Below are positions 1 through 9,652 of a stretch of DNA of 64,000 nt, piece after piece (position 1 is the stretch's first letter; every line of letters begins with the position of its first letter). The position numbers and the translations under genes were made by a program. Origin of the DNA: a virus; the IMG/VR virus record IMGVR_UViG_3300050500_000054, positions 9,788 to 73,787 of that record; one strand, written 5' to 3'. A model generated the notes under the pieces. That model was not told the origin of the DNA, did not search any database, and saw nothing but the letters and a program-made list of their open reading frames with translations.

Positions 1-51
1 CACGCCCATAGTAAAGGGATTGACCACAGTGTGGACACGGAATGGCTAGCA

Positions 52-759
52 TTAGATTGGTCTTGGATCGTGTCTTGAAGTCTTACGTTCAGGAACACCT
101 GAGCGGGACCAACGACCACAATCCATACACTGGAATCTGCGATACTTGTTACCTTCAGTCCAGTGGAATCCACGGGATTGAAGCTTGCTGCTACCACAGA
201 CCTTACAGTCACCGTGCTCACGGCGGGGGTGCTGGATGATAAGAGGACGGAGTTTGTTGTAAACTTCCTCTAGTGCCAGAACATCCTTACGGCAGTGGTT
301 GATGACATACTGCAAGGCTTTCTTGTCACCCGAAATAGCCTTAATCCAGATTGGACCCTTCACAGAATCCTTCGCGGTATCTGTTTCAAAGAACTCCTGA
401 ATTGTGACCAGTCGGTTGTTACGTAGCTTCAGACGGTTACGCGATGTTCTCCAAGTATCAATGTGTGCATGTGTTGGAGGAACAGGGGGTAGACCGTGGT
501 AGAGCAGTCGGGTGTTCAGGAATGGGATGTCGAAGAACGTCCCATAGTGAGTTAGCCAACAGTCTGCCTTTAGAAGCCTTTCAGAGATGTCCTTACACAG
601 TTGCTTGTCGTCTGTGCAGTCTTTCTCATAGCGAGGGTAGTCAGCAATACTGATAACCTCGGGCTTTCCCTTCCCGACAATCTTGAATCCGGCACAAAGG
701 ATGATACCGTAGTCCGCATTCAACGACGATGTTTCCAAGTCCCAAGAGAGAATTTCCAC
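52..759 (-). CDS. DEDD-family 3'-5' exonuclease (DnaQ/RNase H-like) with C-terminal C4 zinc ribbon
   Basis: N-terminal 'WDLETSSL' Exo I motif; later 'HNxxFD'-like and 'HCRKD' motifs; C-terminal CKVCG...CMDCG zinc ribbon. Confidence 0.5.
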   Translation of the reverse strand: MEILSWDLETSSLNADYGIILCAGFKIVGKGKPEVISIADYPRYEKDCTDDKQLCKDISERLLKADCWLTHYGTFFDIPFLNTRLLYHGLPPVPPTHAHIDTWRTSRNRLKLRNNRLVTIQEFFETDTAKDSVKGPIWIKAISGDKKALQYVINHCRKDVLALEEVYNKLRPLIIQHPRREHGDCKVCGSSKLQSRGFHWTEGNKYRRFQCMDCGRWSRSGVPERKTSRHDPRPI

Positions 760-822
760 TCAGCCTCCTAGCTAGTTGTTTTCCGGGATGTGCTACGATA
801 CTACCACAATTTGGCCGAATTG

Positions 823-1260
823 TCAACGAGGGAGTTCAATATCCTGAGGATTTCGGAGCTTGTAGAGCTTGTTTTCTACGTCGAATGCCTCGGATTCTAG
901 TAGACCCTGCCCGTAGGGGCTGAATTGCTCCTTAGCAGTAGCTAGGAGGCCTCCTAGAGGTCCTCTAGCCTTGCTCTGGCGGGCATGCTGGTATTCATGT
1001 GCTAGGAGGGTGTGAGGATCCATGCCTTGCATATTGGATGGTTCGTAGCGGATACCCCCTGTGAGAGGGTTGAAACCACCTACAGCATCCCTACCCTTGT
1101 AAATCATTGACTGGAGCCAGTTTGTGGGCTTTACAGGCACATCAGAGATGGAAGGATCCATGATCTGATGGAACGCTACTGCCTGTTGGACCTTTGGATT
1201 CCCCTCATTAGGGTCCCCTGGTTGGAAGATATTACGAAGGTAGTCGAGTGGCCCCGGCAT
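823..1260 (-). CDS. hypothetical protein with HExxH (HEYQH) metallopeptidase-like motif
   Basis: 'LLAHEYQHARQ' zinc-binding-like motif; 145 aa; fits the minus-strand gene string. Confidence 0.3.
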   Translation of the reverse strand: MPGPLDYLRNIFQPGDPNEGNPKVQQAVAFHQIMDPSISDVPVKPTNWLQSMIYKGRDAVGGFNPLTGGIRYEPSNMQGMDPHTLLAHEYQHARQSKARGPLGGLLATAKEQFSPYGQGLLESEAFDVENKLYKLRNPQDIELPR

Positions 1261-1329
1261 CCTTGACCTTCTTACCTAGGAGGTATGTTTGAATAGCGGA
1301 TTTGGCTACGGAGAAGATTGATTTCCAGT

Positions 1330-1899
1330 TCATTTGGCCTCCATGATATGGCACTGGTAGATGTATCGGTGTTCGTCGTGCTTCGGTGCTCCGTGGAGAG
1401 CATTGGGAGTGTTCACGAACGCGACGAAGGTGTTGGGAGCTGTTGGGATGGTGTTGGTGAGCACACAATCACTCTCCCTAAAGTAGATTGTGGAAGATTC
1501 GGCATCCTGCAAACTGGGTCTGTGGGTCTTGTAGAGGCAGAGTTGTCCACCGCCTCCGATGTAGTAGAGGCACGTAATTGCAAAATGTGCTGAATCAAGA
1601 TGGGGTTGCAGCTCATAGCCTGGATATCTTACCATTAAGCGACCATCCGTGACCTTGTAGGACTTGGATTGGTCGATGTAGGTTCCAAAGCGTTCCACCA
1701 ATGCCAGCATGTCTTTACGGTATTGATCAAACTGGATGTTTGTCTTCAGGTTCTTCGCATCAAGGAAGTTTGGGATGATGATGTGAGGAAACGGAAGGAG
1801 GTGGATTGGTGCTTCTAGGATCTTATTTGAGGAACTCTGTGGCATTGAGGTAAGCCTTGAATTTGTCAAGCATGTGTTCATTCTTTTCGTAGTGACCAA
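1330..1899 (-). CDS. 2OG-Fe(II) oxygenase (prolyl-4-hydroxylase-like)
   Basis: HxD...H triad ('PHLDSAH' ... 'ALHGAPKHDEHRY'); start may be an internal Met because the listed start overlaps the upstream HNH gene. Confidence 0.5.
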   Translation of the reverse strand: MVTTKRMNTCLTNSRLTSMPQSSSNKILEAPIHLLPFPHIIIPNFLDAKNLKTNIQFDQYRKDMLALVERFGTYIDQSKSYKVTDGRLMVRYPGYELQPHLDSAHFAITCLYYIGGGGQLCLYKTHRPSLQDAESSTIYFRESDCVLTNTIPTAPNTFVAFVNTPNALHGAPKHDEHRYIYQCHIMEAK

Positions 1900-2284
1900 G
1901 AAACAGATTACACCTTGAGCACAATAAACCTCTAAGATATCCTGTTTGATGACTATGATCTACACATGTTGGTGGAACGTTGCCACAGATTGCACACAGT
2001 CCATTTTGATGATCGTAGATCATCTGGTATCCGTCTGGTGTAAGTCCGTATGCCTGCTTAAGTTTCCAAGCCCTTGCTTTATCTTTATTATTGGAATACC
2101 ACTGCTTACCGTATGCCCGCTTCTTATCTGGATTTCTAGCATACGCTCTGCGTTCTTTGGCAAGTCGTCTAGCCCTAAAATCAGGGTCATTGTGCCACTT
2201 GTCTTTATTGTAGCAGGACTTGCACATACCTTTAGCAAAGTGGCTGCGTTCTGGATGACAGTCGGAATTACGTTTTGGCATCAT
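1823..2284 (-). CDS. HNH endonuclease, endonuclease VII-like
   Basis: 'CAICG...CVDHSHQTGYLRGLLCSRCNLFLG' CxxC...DHxH...CxxCN signature. Confidence 0.7.
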   Translation of the reverse strand: MMPKRNSDCHPERSHFAKGMCKSCYNKDKWHNDPDFRARRLAKERRAYARNPDKKRAYGKQWYSNNKDKARAWKLKQAYGLTPDGYQMIYDHQNGLCAICGNVPPTCVDHSHQTGYLRGLLCSRCNLFLGHYEKNEHMLDKFKAYLNATEFLK

Positions 2285-2763
2285 TTCAAAAACTCAGTGG
2301 CACGATTGATCCATCCAGCGATGAAAGCGGCTTGGGATTTGTTACGGGCTACGATTCGACCGAACATACGGAGACGCTCAACCATGAGGAGGTTGTTAAC
2401 CTCACGAGGATCACGAGCAGCCAAAGCTGCGAGGGTCTGAGGACCTAGTTCACCATCTACATTGACTTTTAACACTCTCTGAAGTGCCTGGATGGCAATT
2501 GCGGGACCAGAATTGACACCGTAGTCCACGAGCTGTGACATGAGGGGGTAGTCAGTAACCTGATGAAACCCTGGACCATTGACATACTTCTTCAAGTAGA
2601 TGTCTCTGGCTTCCTCCTCGGTAACTTTGTTGTCTTTCCATGCTTCAGGGTGATCACGTTCTGTGATTCCCTTGTCGGTGCGACCACCTTTGTCAGCAGG
2701 GTGGTTGACATAACCACCCTCCTTCTTCAAGATGTCATCGATTAGCTTATCTGTGTCTGCCAT
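2281..2763 (-). CDS. endolysin, GH108-type lysozyme with peptidoglycan-binding C-terminal region
   Basis: N-terminal 'KKEGGYVNHPADKGGRTDKGIT' matches the GH108 catalytic motif; last gene of the structural arm next to a holin-like ORF. Confidence 0.7.
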   Translation of the reverse strand: MADTDKLIDDILKKEGGYVNHPADKGGRTDKGITERDHPEAWKDNKVTEEEARDIYLKKYVNGPGFHQVTDYPLMSQLVDYGVNSGPAIAIQALQRVLKVNVDGELGPQTLAALAARDPREVNNLLMVERLRMFGRIVARNKSQAAFIAGWINRATEFLK

Positions 2764-2989
2764 GGCTAGGTTCTCTCATGTAGCCGTTGAGTGCTGTTTC
2801 GATACGTCCGAGGCGCTGATCTAGGAACTCGAATTTAGTCTCGAATAGCTCTTTGATTGAGTCGAGACGTTCATCCTTGACTTTTTCTAGTCCCTGAACG
2901 CGCTGGTTAAGTTTTCCTCCCCAGTAGATGCCACCTACGATTGAAGTGGCAACTACGGGGATAAGAGCGGCGACGATTGCTTCAAGCAT
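2747..2989 (-). CDS. holin or spanin-like small membrane protein
   Basis: 80 aa; N-terminal TM segment (AIVAALIPVVATSIVGGIYWGG) then charged coiled coil; overlaps endolysin start. Confidence 0.4.
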   Translation of the reverse strand: MLEAIVAALIPVVATSIVGGIYWGGKLNQRVQGLEKVKDERLDSIKELFETKFEFLDQRLGRIETALNGYMREPSHGRHR

Positions 2990-5900
2990 TATTCTTCCCT
3001 TTGACGACGACGAGCCTTAGCCCGACGACGAGGGCTTTGTTGTGCTCTTGGCTGGTTAATTGCGTTGGCTTCTTCCATTCCTAGAAGATCACGTAGCGAA
3101 TCCATCTGCAAGAATCCGCGTCCTGGGATCATACCAGCGGGTAGACTTGGATTACCGCGTAGGAGGTTCTCAGTTGCGTTCAGATACTGACTTGGAAGGC
3201 CCACGCTTGGCATAGGCATCTCTGTTAGAGGTGTCTGAAGCATCTTGAACCCAACGTCAATTGCATCATCTCCACGCTGTGCAGCTTGACCACCTACGAA
3301 TCCAGCACCCGCTAGGAGCGCAGTAGGACCGGATAGGTTTGTCACACCACCAGCTAGGAGGCGATTCCAGAATGGATCATCAGGCGCTGCATAACCGGCT
3401 CCGAAACCAATGGCTCCGGCACCAGCACCCATAGCCTGTTGGAGGATCTGGGTTTTGATTGGATCGATCTTATCAGCTGGACGGAGCATCTGAGCGATGC
3501 TTCCGATTCCTGGGATTCTACGGATACCCTGTTCGTTAACGTTGACCAGGGTTTTTAGGAACGGAGCGAGGAAGTTTCCAACAGGAGCTGGCATACCTCT
3601 CTTTACGTTAACGATAGCCCTTCCTGTTGCTGTTTCAGGCTCGTTAGTGAACGTAAAGTTACGCATCTCGTCATTAGAGAAGCCTGCACGCTTACCGAGG
3701 TTACGAATAGCAACGTCGGAAGCCGTTAGAGCAGTTCCAGGCGCAGCAGCGTATGTTTCGATAGGGCCACCGGCATGACCAAGCATCTTACCACCTGAAC
3801 GCTCAGCTTCACCAATAAGCATCTTCGCTTCAGACCATGCGTTTGGTAGCTCATCGAGATAGTTCTTTGGGTTGCTTAGAAGCTCCATAAGAATCTTTCC
3901 ACGAGGATCACCTGTTAGGTGAGCTTCAACGGCACGGATGTAAGCGCTTGAGTAAGGAGCTAGGAAGTTGGCTGCGAAGTTTGGGTTGATCAGCATGTTG
4001 GAACGCATGATCTCTGGTGCAGTATTTACAGCCTGTGTGATGATGTTACGGACACCTTCGGGAGATCCGAGATGCTGCAACACAGAGTCTGCTGTAACGG
4101 ATACCGATGCATCTTGAGTAGCAATGGGTCCAAGTTCTCCGAGCTTCTTGATTAGGGTAGGAGCAAACGCTCCCGCAGCCCCGCCCGCGAGCACGGACAT
4201 GAAAGGATCCCCGAGCGGGTCGGTTGCGCCTCCAATTGCAGCACCGATACCACCCATACCGATACGTGCGAGAGGCATAATTGCAGCCTGACCACGTTCG
4301 GATGATAGGTTGTTCCAGATTGAACCACCTGGACGACCCTTTGCAGCGTCGGCCTTAGCTAGTTCTTCCTCGAGGTTGAATGGCTTAGCAGGAGCGGCAG
4401 GCGCAGTTGGAGGAGCAGGTTGTCCTGCCTCGAATGCAGCCTTGGCTTCTGGAGACTGTTCCGCACCTTCACGTCGAAGTGCCTGTCCAGCTGTCTTATA
4501 GCCTTCCTTAACAGCACCAGCTTGGGTAGGAGGAACATCACCTGTCTTTAGGAGGTTCTTTAGATTACGGTAGTGTTCACCTGAGACATCTGCACGGGTG
4601 CGAGTTAGGGATTCTGGGGAGATCAGCGGTTCTGTAGGTTGCTTTGGCTGACCCATCGTAGCGAAGATGGCGTCAATCTTTTCTCTAAAGCCTGGAGGAG
4701 ATTGAGCACCTTCACGTAGGGCCTCAACTTCAGGCGCACCTGTCCCTACACCAGCCCCAACTGGGCGGTTCATAACCTGCTCAGTGTGGAACTCGTCTAG
4801 GATGTCGTCAGCTAGGGTTGCTGGAGGCGGTCCTGGGAGTCCTGCTGTGCCCATTTCACGGGTTACGGCATCGGCTGCTTCCTGGAAGGGGTTAATTGCC
4901 CCCTGTGGAGCCACTGTAGCCCCTGTAGCGACATCTGATGCAGCGGCTAGGGGTTGGGTAGCCGTCTGGGCCGCACCACGCGTAGAAAGGCGCTGAGCCA
5001 TCTCCTGAGCCATGTCGGCTGGGATGCCCTGAGCGACCAGTTCTTCGGGGGTAATGTGCCCTGTTGGACCTAGGACCTTGGCAAGGGCTTCTACACCCTC
5101 ATCAATCTCGCTAGCACGGGCTGTTCTGGCTAGACCACTTACGAGGTTTCCACCACCTTCGGCAGCATCATCGGCCTCTGCTGGTAGCCAACGACGTGTT
5201 AGTGTTTCAGTTCCACCGGCTACTGGAGCACGGTAGGTTTCTGTGATGCTGTCCTTTGGAACGTATTCGCCACTTTCACGAGCAGCTGTAAGATGTTCTG
5301 AGGCAATTGCGTCCTTTTCAGCCTGAGCAGCAATCTTAGCCTGACGCTCAGCTTCACGGGCAGCTGATGCTTCTGTTCTAGCTGCCTTTTCGGTAGCTCT
5401 AGTTTCGTTTGTGATAGAACGCTGAACGCTTGGGGATGTTAGACCTGATGCGGCATCTTCATGCTGTGGATAGGCTACAGCACCACGAGTGTCCTGACCT
5501 GGGTGAACACCTTCATCAACTAGGCCAGCAACGCCGCCCTTAGCTTTGATGGGTGCTACAGATCCTACACCGATTGTGCTCTTGCCATCAGGTGCAAACG
5601 TTGTTCCACCCTTACGGGCAGTTGGGATAACTTCAAATGTCTCATCAACAGCCTTCGGAGCCTTACCAAGTCCAGGTGCTCCTAGGAATTGTCCTAGCTT
5701 ACCAGCAAGGGCACCAGTTCCGATACCTACGGCAGCCTTGGTTGCTACACCAAGTGGGTCGTCGATGTCAATACCGTCACCTTCTGGATCACGGAGGACA
5801 CTTTCAGCAAGAGGTTGTGCAACAGCCCATGGAGCGGCTGCAACGGCACCCTTAGACAGGCTACCGCCACCGCCGAGAGACTTTGCAATACTCCCGGCCA

Positions 5901-6228
5901 TACCACCGCCAAGTCCACCAAGGATACCAGCTGTTCCGATCTCTGAGAGATCGAAGCCATCTCGGTTTCCATAGGCTTGTTCAACACCCTGAGCAATACC
6001 TTCTGTAACCGCGCTAGCACCGGCACCACGGAGTGGTGTTAGTCCTAGGAGGACTCCGAGCGCACGAATACCTGTAGGACCATATTTTTCAAATAGTCCA
6101 TCCTGTTCTGGCTGCTCGATGGGTTCCAACTCAGGGAGTGGAGCCACATTACGCTGGCGTCGTCTACTTCCGGCACCCATAGGTGCTGGAGTTGGGTTAT
6201 AGGTTGGTTCCCAGTATTGGTTTGGCAT
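2989..6228 (-). CDS. large Gly/Ala-rich virion protein (tape-measure-like or internal/ejection protein)
   Basis: 1079 aa; long Gly/Ala-rich low-complexity tracts; last and largest structural gene before the lysis cassette. Confidence 0.4.
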   Translation of the reverse strand: MPNQYWEPTYNPTPAPMGAGSRRRQRNVAPLPELEPIEQPEQDGLFEKYGPTGIRALGVLLGLTPLRGAGASAVTEGIAQGVEQAYGNRDGFDLSEIGTAGILGGLGGGMAGSIAKSLGGGGSLSKGAVAAAPWAVAQPLAESVLRDPEGDGIDIDDPLGVATKAAVGIGTGALAGKLGQFLGAPGLGKAPKAVDETFEVIPTARKGGTTFAPDGKSTIGVGSVAPIKAKGGVAGLVDEGVHPGQDTRGAVAYPQHEDAASGLTSPSVQRSITNETRATEKAARTEASAAREAERQAKIAAQAEKDAIASEHLTAARESGEYVPKDSITETYRAPVAGGTETLTRRWLPAEADDAAEGGGNLVSGLARTARASEIDEGVEALAKVLGPTGHITPEELVAQGIPADMAQEMAQRLSTRGAAQTATQPLAAASDVATGATVAPQGAINPFQEAADAVTREMGTAGLPGPPPATLADDILDEFHTEQVMNRPVGAGVGTGAPEVEALREGAQSPPGFREKIDAIFATMGQPKQPTEPLISPESLTRTRADVSGEHYRNLKNLLKTGDVPPTQAGAVKEGYKTAGQALRREGAEQSPEAKAAFEAGQPAPPTAPAAPAKPFNLEEELAKADAAKGRPGGSIWNNLSSERGQAAIMPLARIGMGGIGAAIGGATDPLGDPFMSVLAGGAAGAFAPTLIKKLGELGPIATQDASVSVTADSVLQHLGSPEGVRNIITQAVNTAPEIMRSNMLINPNFAANFLAPYSSAYIRAVEAHLTGDPRGKILMELLSNPKNYLDELPNAWSEAKMLIGEAERSGGKMLGHAGGPIETYAAAPGTALTASDVAIRNLGKRAGFSNDEMRNFTFTNEPETATGRAIVNVKRGMPAPVGNFLAPFLKTLVNVNEQGIRRIPGIGSIAQMLRPADKIDPIKTQILQQAMGAGAGAIGFGAGYAAPDDPFWNRLLAGGVTNLSGPTALLAGAGFVGGQAAQRGDDAIDVGFKMLQTPLTEMPMPSVGLPSQYLNATENLLRGNPSLPAGMIPGRGFLQMDSLRDLLGMEEANAINQPRAQQSPRRRAKARRRQREE

Positions 6229-7160
6229 TAACGAACTCCGTTGAGTCCTCTAAGAGCGGGTGAATTTGTAATGGACTGTTCCATTCCACCACCGCCTCGC
6301 TGTCTAAGCTGCTGTAGGTAGTCGAGCAATAGTTGCTGACGCTGCATAGCTTCTGGTGAGTCTGGATCTTCGTTCTCGAATGGTTGTGATAGACCAGGGA
6401 TTTCCTGAAGGAGACGGTTAAGGACTTCACGATCCAAATTTGTCTCAGCTTCATCCACATCAGCTTGATCCATACCCTGCTGACGCTGTAGAGCGTAGAG
6501 AGCCTGTTGGGTCATAGCTGTTCCCTGTGCTACAGATGGATAAGCAGCACGACGGGCTGTTTGCTCTAGACCACCCTGCACTGCTGGGTGCTGGGCTGTC
6601 AGAGCCTTGGAGATTGTTTCCTGGTTGGCGTTACCTAGGATGCGGTTGAAGTCTGAGTCGGCTTCGATATCCTGTAGGGAACTTAGTGCAGCCTTTGACT
6701 GCCAGTTACCTCCGGTGTGAGCCTGTCGGAACATTTCCTCACGGCTACCGAATCCGGCACGCTGGTATTGATCCATCTGAGGTGCTTGACGCCCCTGTAG
6801 ACCTTGTAGAACAGCATCACGATTACCAGCAGATACTCTCTGGCTACCTGGTCCTGCCATCCAGCCTGGAGCCTCAGCATTGGCGTTGAAGCCACTCTGG
6901 TAGTTTCCAAACTTCAGACCTTCAGGCGGCTGTGTGCTCATACCTGATGGTGTGCGTGGTGGTAGGTTAATAGGAACAGGAAGTGTTCTGCTCTGGTCTG
7001 GATAGATACCACCAGGTCCTTGAGGGAGTTCAGGAGGTGTGATACCTTCTAGCTCCTCAGGAGTGACCGTGTTAAGCGATCTACCTACTCCTGGACGGGG
7101 GTCAAGAATTCCGACTGTTCTACCATTTACAATTCTTGCGCCTGATGTTGGATATGGCAT
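6228..7160 (-). CDS. virion structural protein (Gln-rich)
   Basis: 310 aa ORF, start/stop coupled with neighbours in the structural operon. Confidence 0.3.
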   Translation of the reverse strand: MPYPTSGARIVNGRTVGILDPRPGVGRSLNTVTPEELEGITPPELPQGPGGIYPDQSRTLPVPINLPPRTPSGMSTQPPEGLKFGNYQSGFNANAEAPGWMAGPGSQRVSAGNRDAVLQGLQGRQAPQMDQYQRAGFGSREEMFRQAHTGGNWQSKAALSSLQDIEADSDFNRILGNANQETISKALTAQHPAVQGGLEQTARRAAYPSVAQGTAMTQQALYALQRQQGMDQADVDEAETNLDREVLNRLLQEIPGLSQPFENEDPDSPEAMQRQQLLLDYLQQLRQRGGGGMEQSITNSPALRGLNGVR

Positions 7161-7162
7161 TG

Positions 7163-7636
7163 TTATCTCTGTGGCGGTAGGAGGGCACGAAGTCCCCCTA
7201 GTGGTGAACCAATTTGGTTAGAAGGGTTTCTTTCAGCTACGTTCAAGCCAACTGGCTTGCCGCCTTTGAAAGCTACAGATGTGTTGTAGCGCCAATCATT
7301 TGCTTGACGCTCGCCTGTATCATAAGGATTGAAAGTAGGTTGGAAAGGTGCTGGACCTGACCACATACCCTTAGCTGCTCCTACAGAGGAATCAGCCATC
7401 TTGTCAACGCCTTGGTCTGCAAGGGACTGGAACCACGCTGCCATGTTGGGATTGCTCATATGCATTGGCAGCATATTGATTGGCTTGTGGGAATCGTAGT
7501 ATGGATCCTTCTCACGCATGGAAATCTCATAATTATCGTGAGTTTCCCTAGCACGATTTAGAAGATCACCAAACTGTGGGAGTCCACCAGGTTGGATAAT
7601 TCCTGAATATGGAGGTGTTCGTCCGTATGCTGGCAT
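7163..7636 (-). CDS. virion structural protein
   Basis: 157 aa ORF in a tightly packed operon. Confidence 0.3.
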   Translation of the reverse strand: MPAYGRTPPYSGIIQPGGLPQFGDLLNRARETHDNYEISMREKDPYYDSHKPINMLPMHMSNPNMAAWFQSLADQGVDKMADSSVGAAKGMWSGPAPFQPTFNPYDTGERQANDWRYNTSVAFKGGKPVGLNVAERNPSNQIGSPLGGLRALLPPQR

Positions 7637-8160
7637 TAGTAAGCTCTCACTTGCAGTAGTCCTGCTAGGGATGGCGGCATTCGCTGTCCAAGGTTAGATC
7701 GAGGTTGCTGAAACATTGTTCCAACACCCTGTGGAGCACCTTGTGTGGGTTGCTGAACTGGTCCACCAGACATGAGGCCGGATAGGGCTGCATTGCTGGT
7801 TCCAGATGGGCCTTGGTAGGTTGCAATTTGTCCGAGTGGAGCACCGGAACCGGATGCTCCTGAGCCTGTGCCGCCAGTATCTACTGGACCTGCTGGACTT
7901 GCTGGCTGTGATGATGAAGCAGCTGCTAGGCTGGCATTATATGCGGCTGTATCGCGAGCGCTATCAGCACGCTGTCTTGCCATCAATTCTTCGTCATGCC
8001 CAGCCCAGATTCCAGTCTTCTGTGGCGGACCTACATATTGAATAGGTTGGGGCTGTTGTGGTTGCGGTTGCTGCTTAAAGGAAGACGTTGGAGGCGCATT
8101 GATAGGAACAGGCTTTATATAGCTCTCGCCTGGATTCGTACGTGCAGGTACCCAAGCCAT
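7636..8160 (-). CDS. virion structural protein (Pro/Gln/Gly-rich)
   Basis: 174 aa; overlapping start/stop with neighbours. Confidence 0.3.
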   Translation of the reverse strand: MAWVPARTNPGESYIKPVPINAPPTSSFKQQPQPQQPQPIQYVGPPQKTGIWAGHDEELMARQRADSARDTAAYNASLAAASSSQPASPAGPVDTGGTGSGASGSGAPLGQIATYQGPSGTSNAALSGLMSGGPVQQPTQGAPQGVGTMFQQPRSNLGQRMPPSLAGLLQVRAY

Positions 8161-8161
8161 A

Positions 8162-8881
8162 TTAGTATCTCAACCCAGCAATGATTGCATTCTTAAGCGA
8201 AGTCTGGGCATTGAGAGTCTGATCACGCTGAGCAATACGACCAGAGTAGATAGTGTTAGCTCTATCCTGGATTGCCTGTGCATCATTGATGGCCTGACCT
8301 CTAACCACATCCTGTAGGCCACCGGCGGCTCCACCGATGATGTCACCAATGGCTCCGCGTTCGATAGATGAACCTTGTGTGCCACGGCCGGATGATGTGG
8401 ATAGAGTATTTCTCAGTGCTGCGGTAGCGAGTCTTCCAGCCTGTTGCTTGGCGTTGGTAAAGGCTGCTGCTCGTGCGGCATCTGCGGATGCTGCGTCGTA
8501 TTGAACTTCTGGCGCAGATCCTCCACCACTGCTCATGCTTCCAAGTAGTCCTTGGAGTGCAGCATTATTAGCCTTAGAGCGATCAGTTGCATACTGATTC
8601 TGTAGAGCTAGGAGACGTTCCTGCTCATACTGATTTTGGCTGATAGATGGTCCATAAGGATTGAGGGCTGCATTGTTGCCTCCGTAGTTTGGACCTGGAA
8701 CCGTAGCGTTTGGAGCACGCTGATTTCCTGGGTCTGGAACGTTTGGAGGTGCAGTCTGTCCGTATGCATTTGGCTTAGGCTTGGATTTGTAGGATACGAT
8801 TTGGCCGAAGGAGTCGTAAACTGGATCCATTCCAGGAGGTGCAGCTCCAACCCATCCTGATGATACTCCTGCTGCTGGCAT
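8162..8881 (-). CDS. virion structural protein (Gly/Ala/Asn-rich)
   Basis: 239 aa in structural operon. Confidence 0.3.
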   Translation of the reverse strand: MPAAGVSSGWVGAAPPGMDPVYDSFGQIVSYKSKPKPNAYGQTAPPNVPDPGNQRAPNATVPGPNYGGNNAALNPYGPSISQNQYEQERLLALQNQYATDRSKANNAALQGLLGSMSSGGGSAPEVQYDAASADAARAAAFTNAKQQAGRLATAALRNTLSTSSGRGTQGSSIERGAIGDIIGGAAGGLQDVVRGQAINDAQAIQDRANTIYSGRIAQRDQTLNAQTSLKNAIIAGLRY

Positions 8882-8890
8882 GTTTATTCC

Positions 8891-9652
8891 TTAAGGTAGT
8901 GTAGAGTTGATTACGTAGTAGATGAAAGTAATGACTGCCGTGCATGTTGATGCACTGGCATCGCCCTGGTCGTAGACGTTAATAGCAACAGCCTTGTTAC
9001 GTGGGTCACGGCTAGAGTAGCCTGTGTAACCACCGCTAAGGTCAGCGAGATTCCAGGTAATCTTCGTTCTGACGTTATTGTCGTCAGATAGGATTGAAGG
9101 CAGCAACGTGAATCCGCCGAAGTCTGCGTGGTCGTAGTGCAGGGCAATCTCTGTTGATGGCAGAGGACCCGCAATTGTAGTATTAATCTCAGCACTCCAC
9201 TGGAGTGGAACGATAATCTTATCGGCTCCAGGAGCAGCAACTAACTCAATCGGAGTAGTCCCGAACTGTCCAGCACCTGCTGGAGCACCAAGACTCTGCC
9301 ACTCTGCTATAGACAAGCTTCTAGTTACGATATGAACTACTCCAACATCACCAGGGGCGAAACTTCCACTTTGCTCATCAGCACTGAGAATACCGTTTTG
9401 ATCAAGTGTTAGGTTATCGCCAATTCTGATGGATTGAGATGGTCCTCTAGAGTTAGCAAACCTGCCTAGGAGGCGTTGACCGGCTAGAGTGATAGCAGTT
9501 CCCTTATCAAGTCTATTGTAGATGTCCTTGAACATCTCGTTCATTTGGGCAACCATCTCGGCGTTGATTTCACCGCCCAGCTCATAAGGCTGAACAATAC
9601 CATCACCGACAGTGCCCTCTTTATAGGTTTGATATGGATTAACTGTTGGCAT
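8891..9652 (-). CDS. tail/baseplate structural protein
   Basis: 253 aa in structural operon. Confidence 0.3.
   Translation of the reverse strand: MPTVNPYQTYKEGTVGDGIVQPYELGGEINAEMVAQMNEMFKDIYNRLDKGTAITLAGQRLLGRFANSRGPSQSIRIGDNLTLDQNGILSADEQSGSFAPGDVGVVHIVTRSLSIAEWQSLGAPAGAGQFGTTPIELVAAPGADKIIVPLQWSAEINTTIAGPLPSTEIALHYDHADFGGFTLLPSILSDDNNVRTKITWNLADLSGGYTGYSSRDPRNKAVAINVYDQGDASASTCTAVITFIYYVINSTLP

Noticed and set aside
3497-5974. Plus-strand ORFs (for example 3497..3778, 4784..4996, 5546..5974) inside the 1079-aa minus-strand gene
   Set aside because: They are antisense shadows of a long, continuous minus-strand gene and have Pro/Ala/Arg-rich low-complexity translations typical of GC-rich antisense frames. 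Most other short ORFs overlapping larger genes on the opposite strand were rejected for the same reason.
2989-6228. Calling the 1079-aa protein a tape measure protein and the phage a siphovirus
   Set aside because: No tail tube or sheath signatures could be recognised by eye, and the protein is the last structural gene before lysis, which is also where podovirus internal/ejection proteins sit. It is left as a generic large virion protein.
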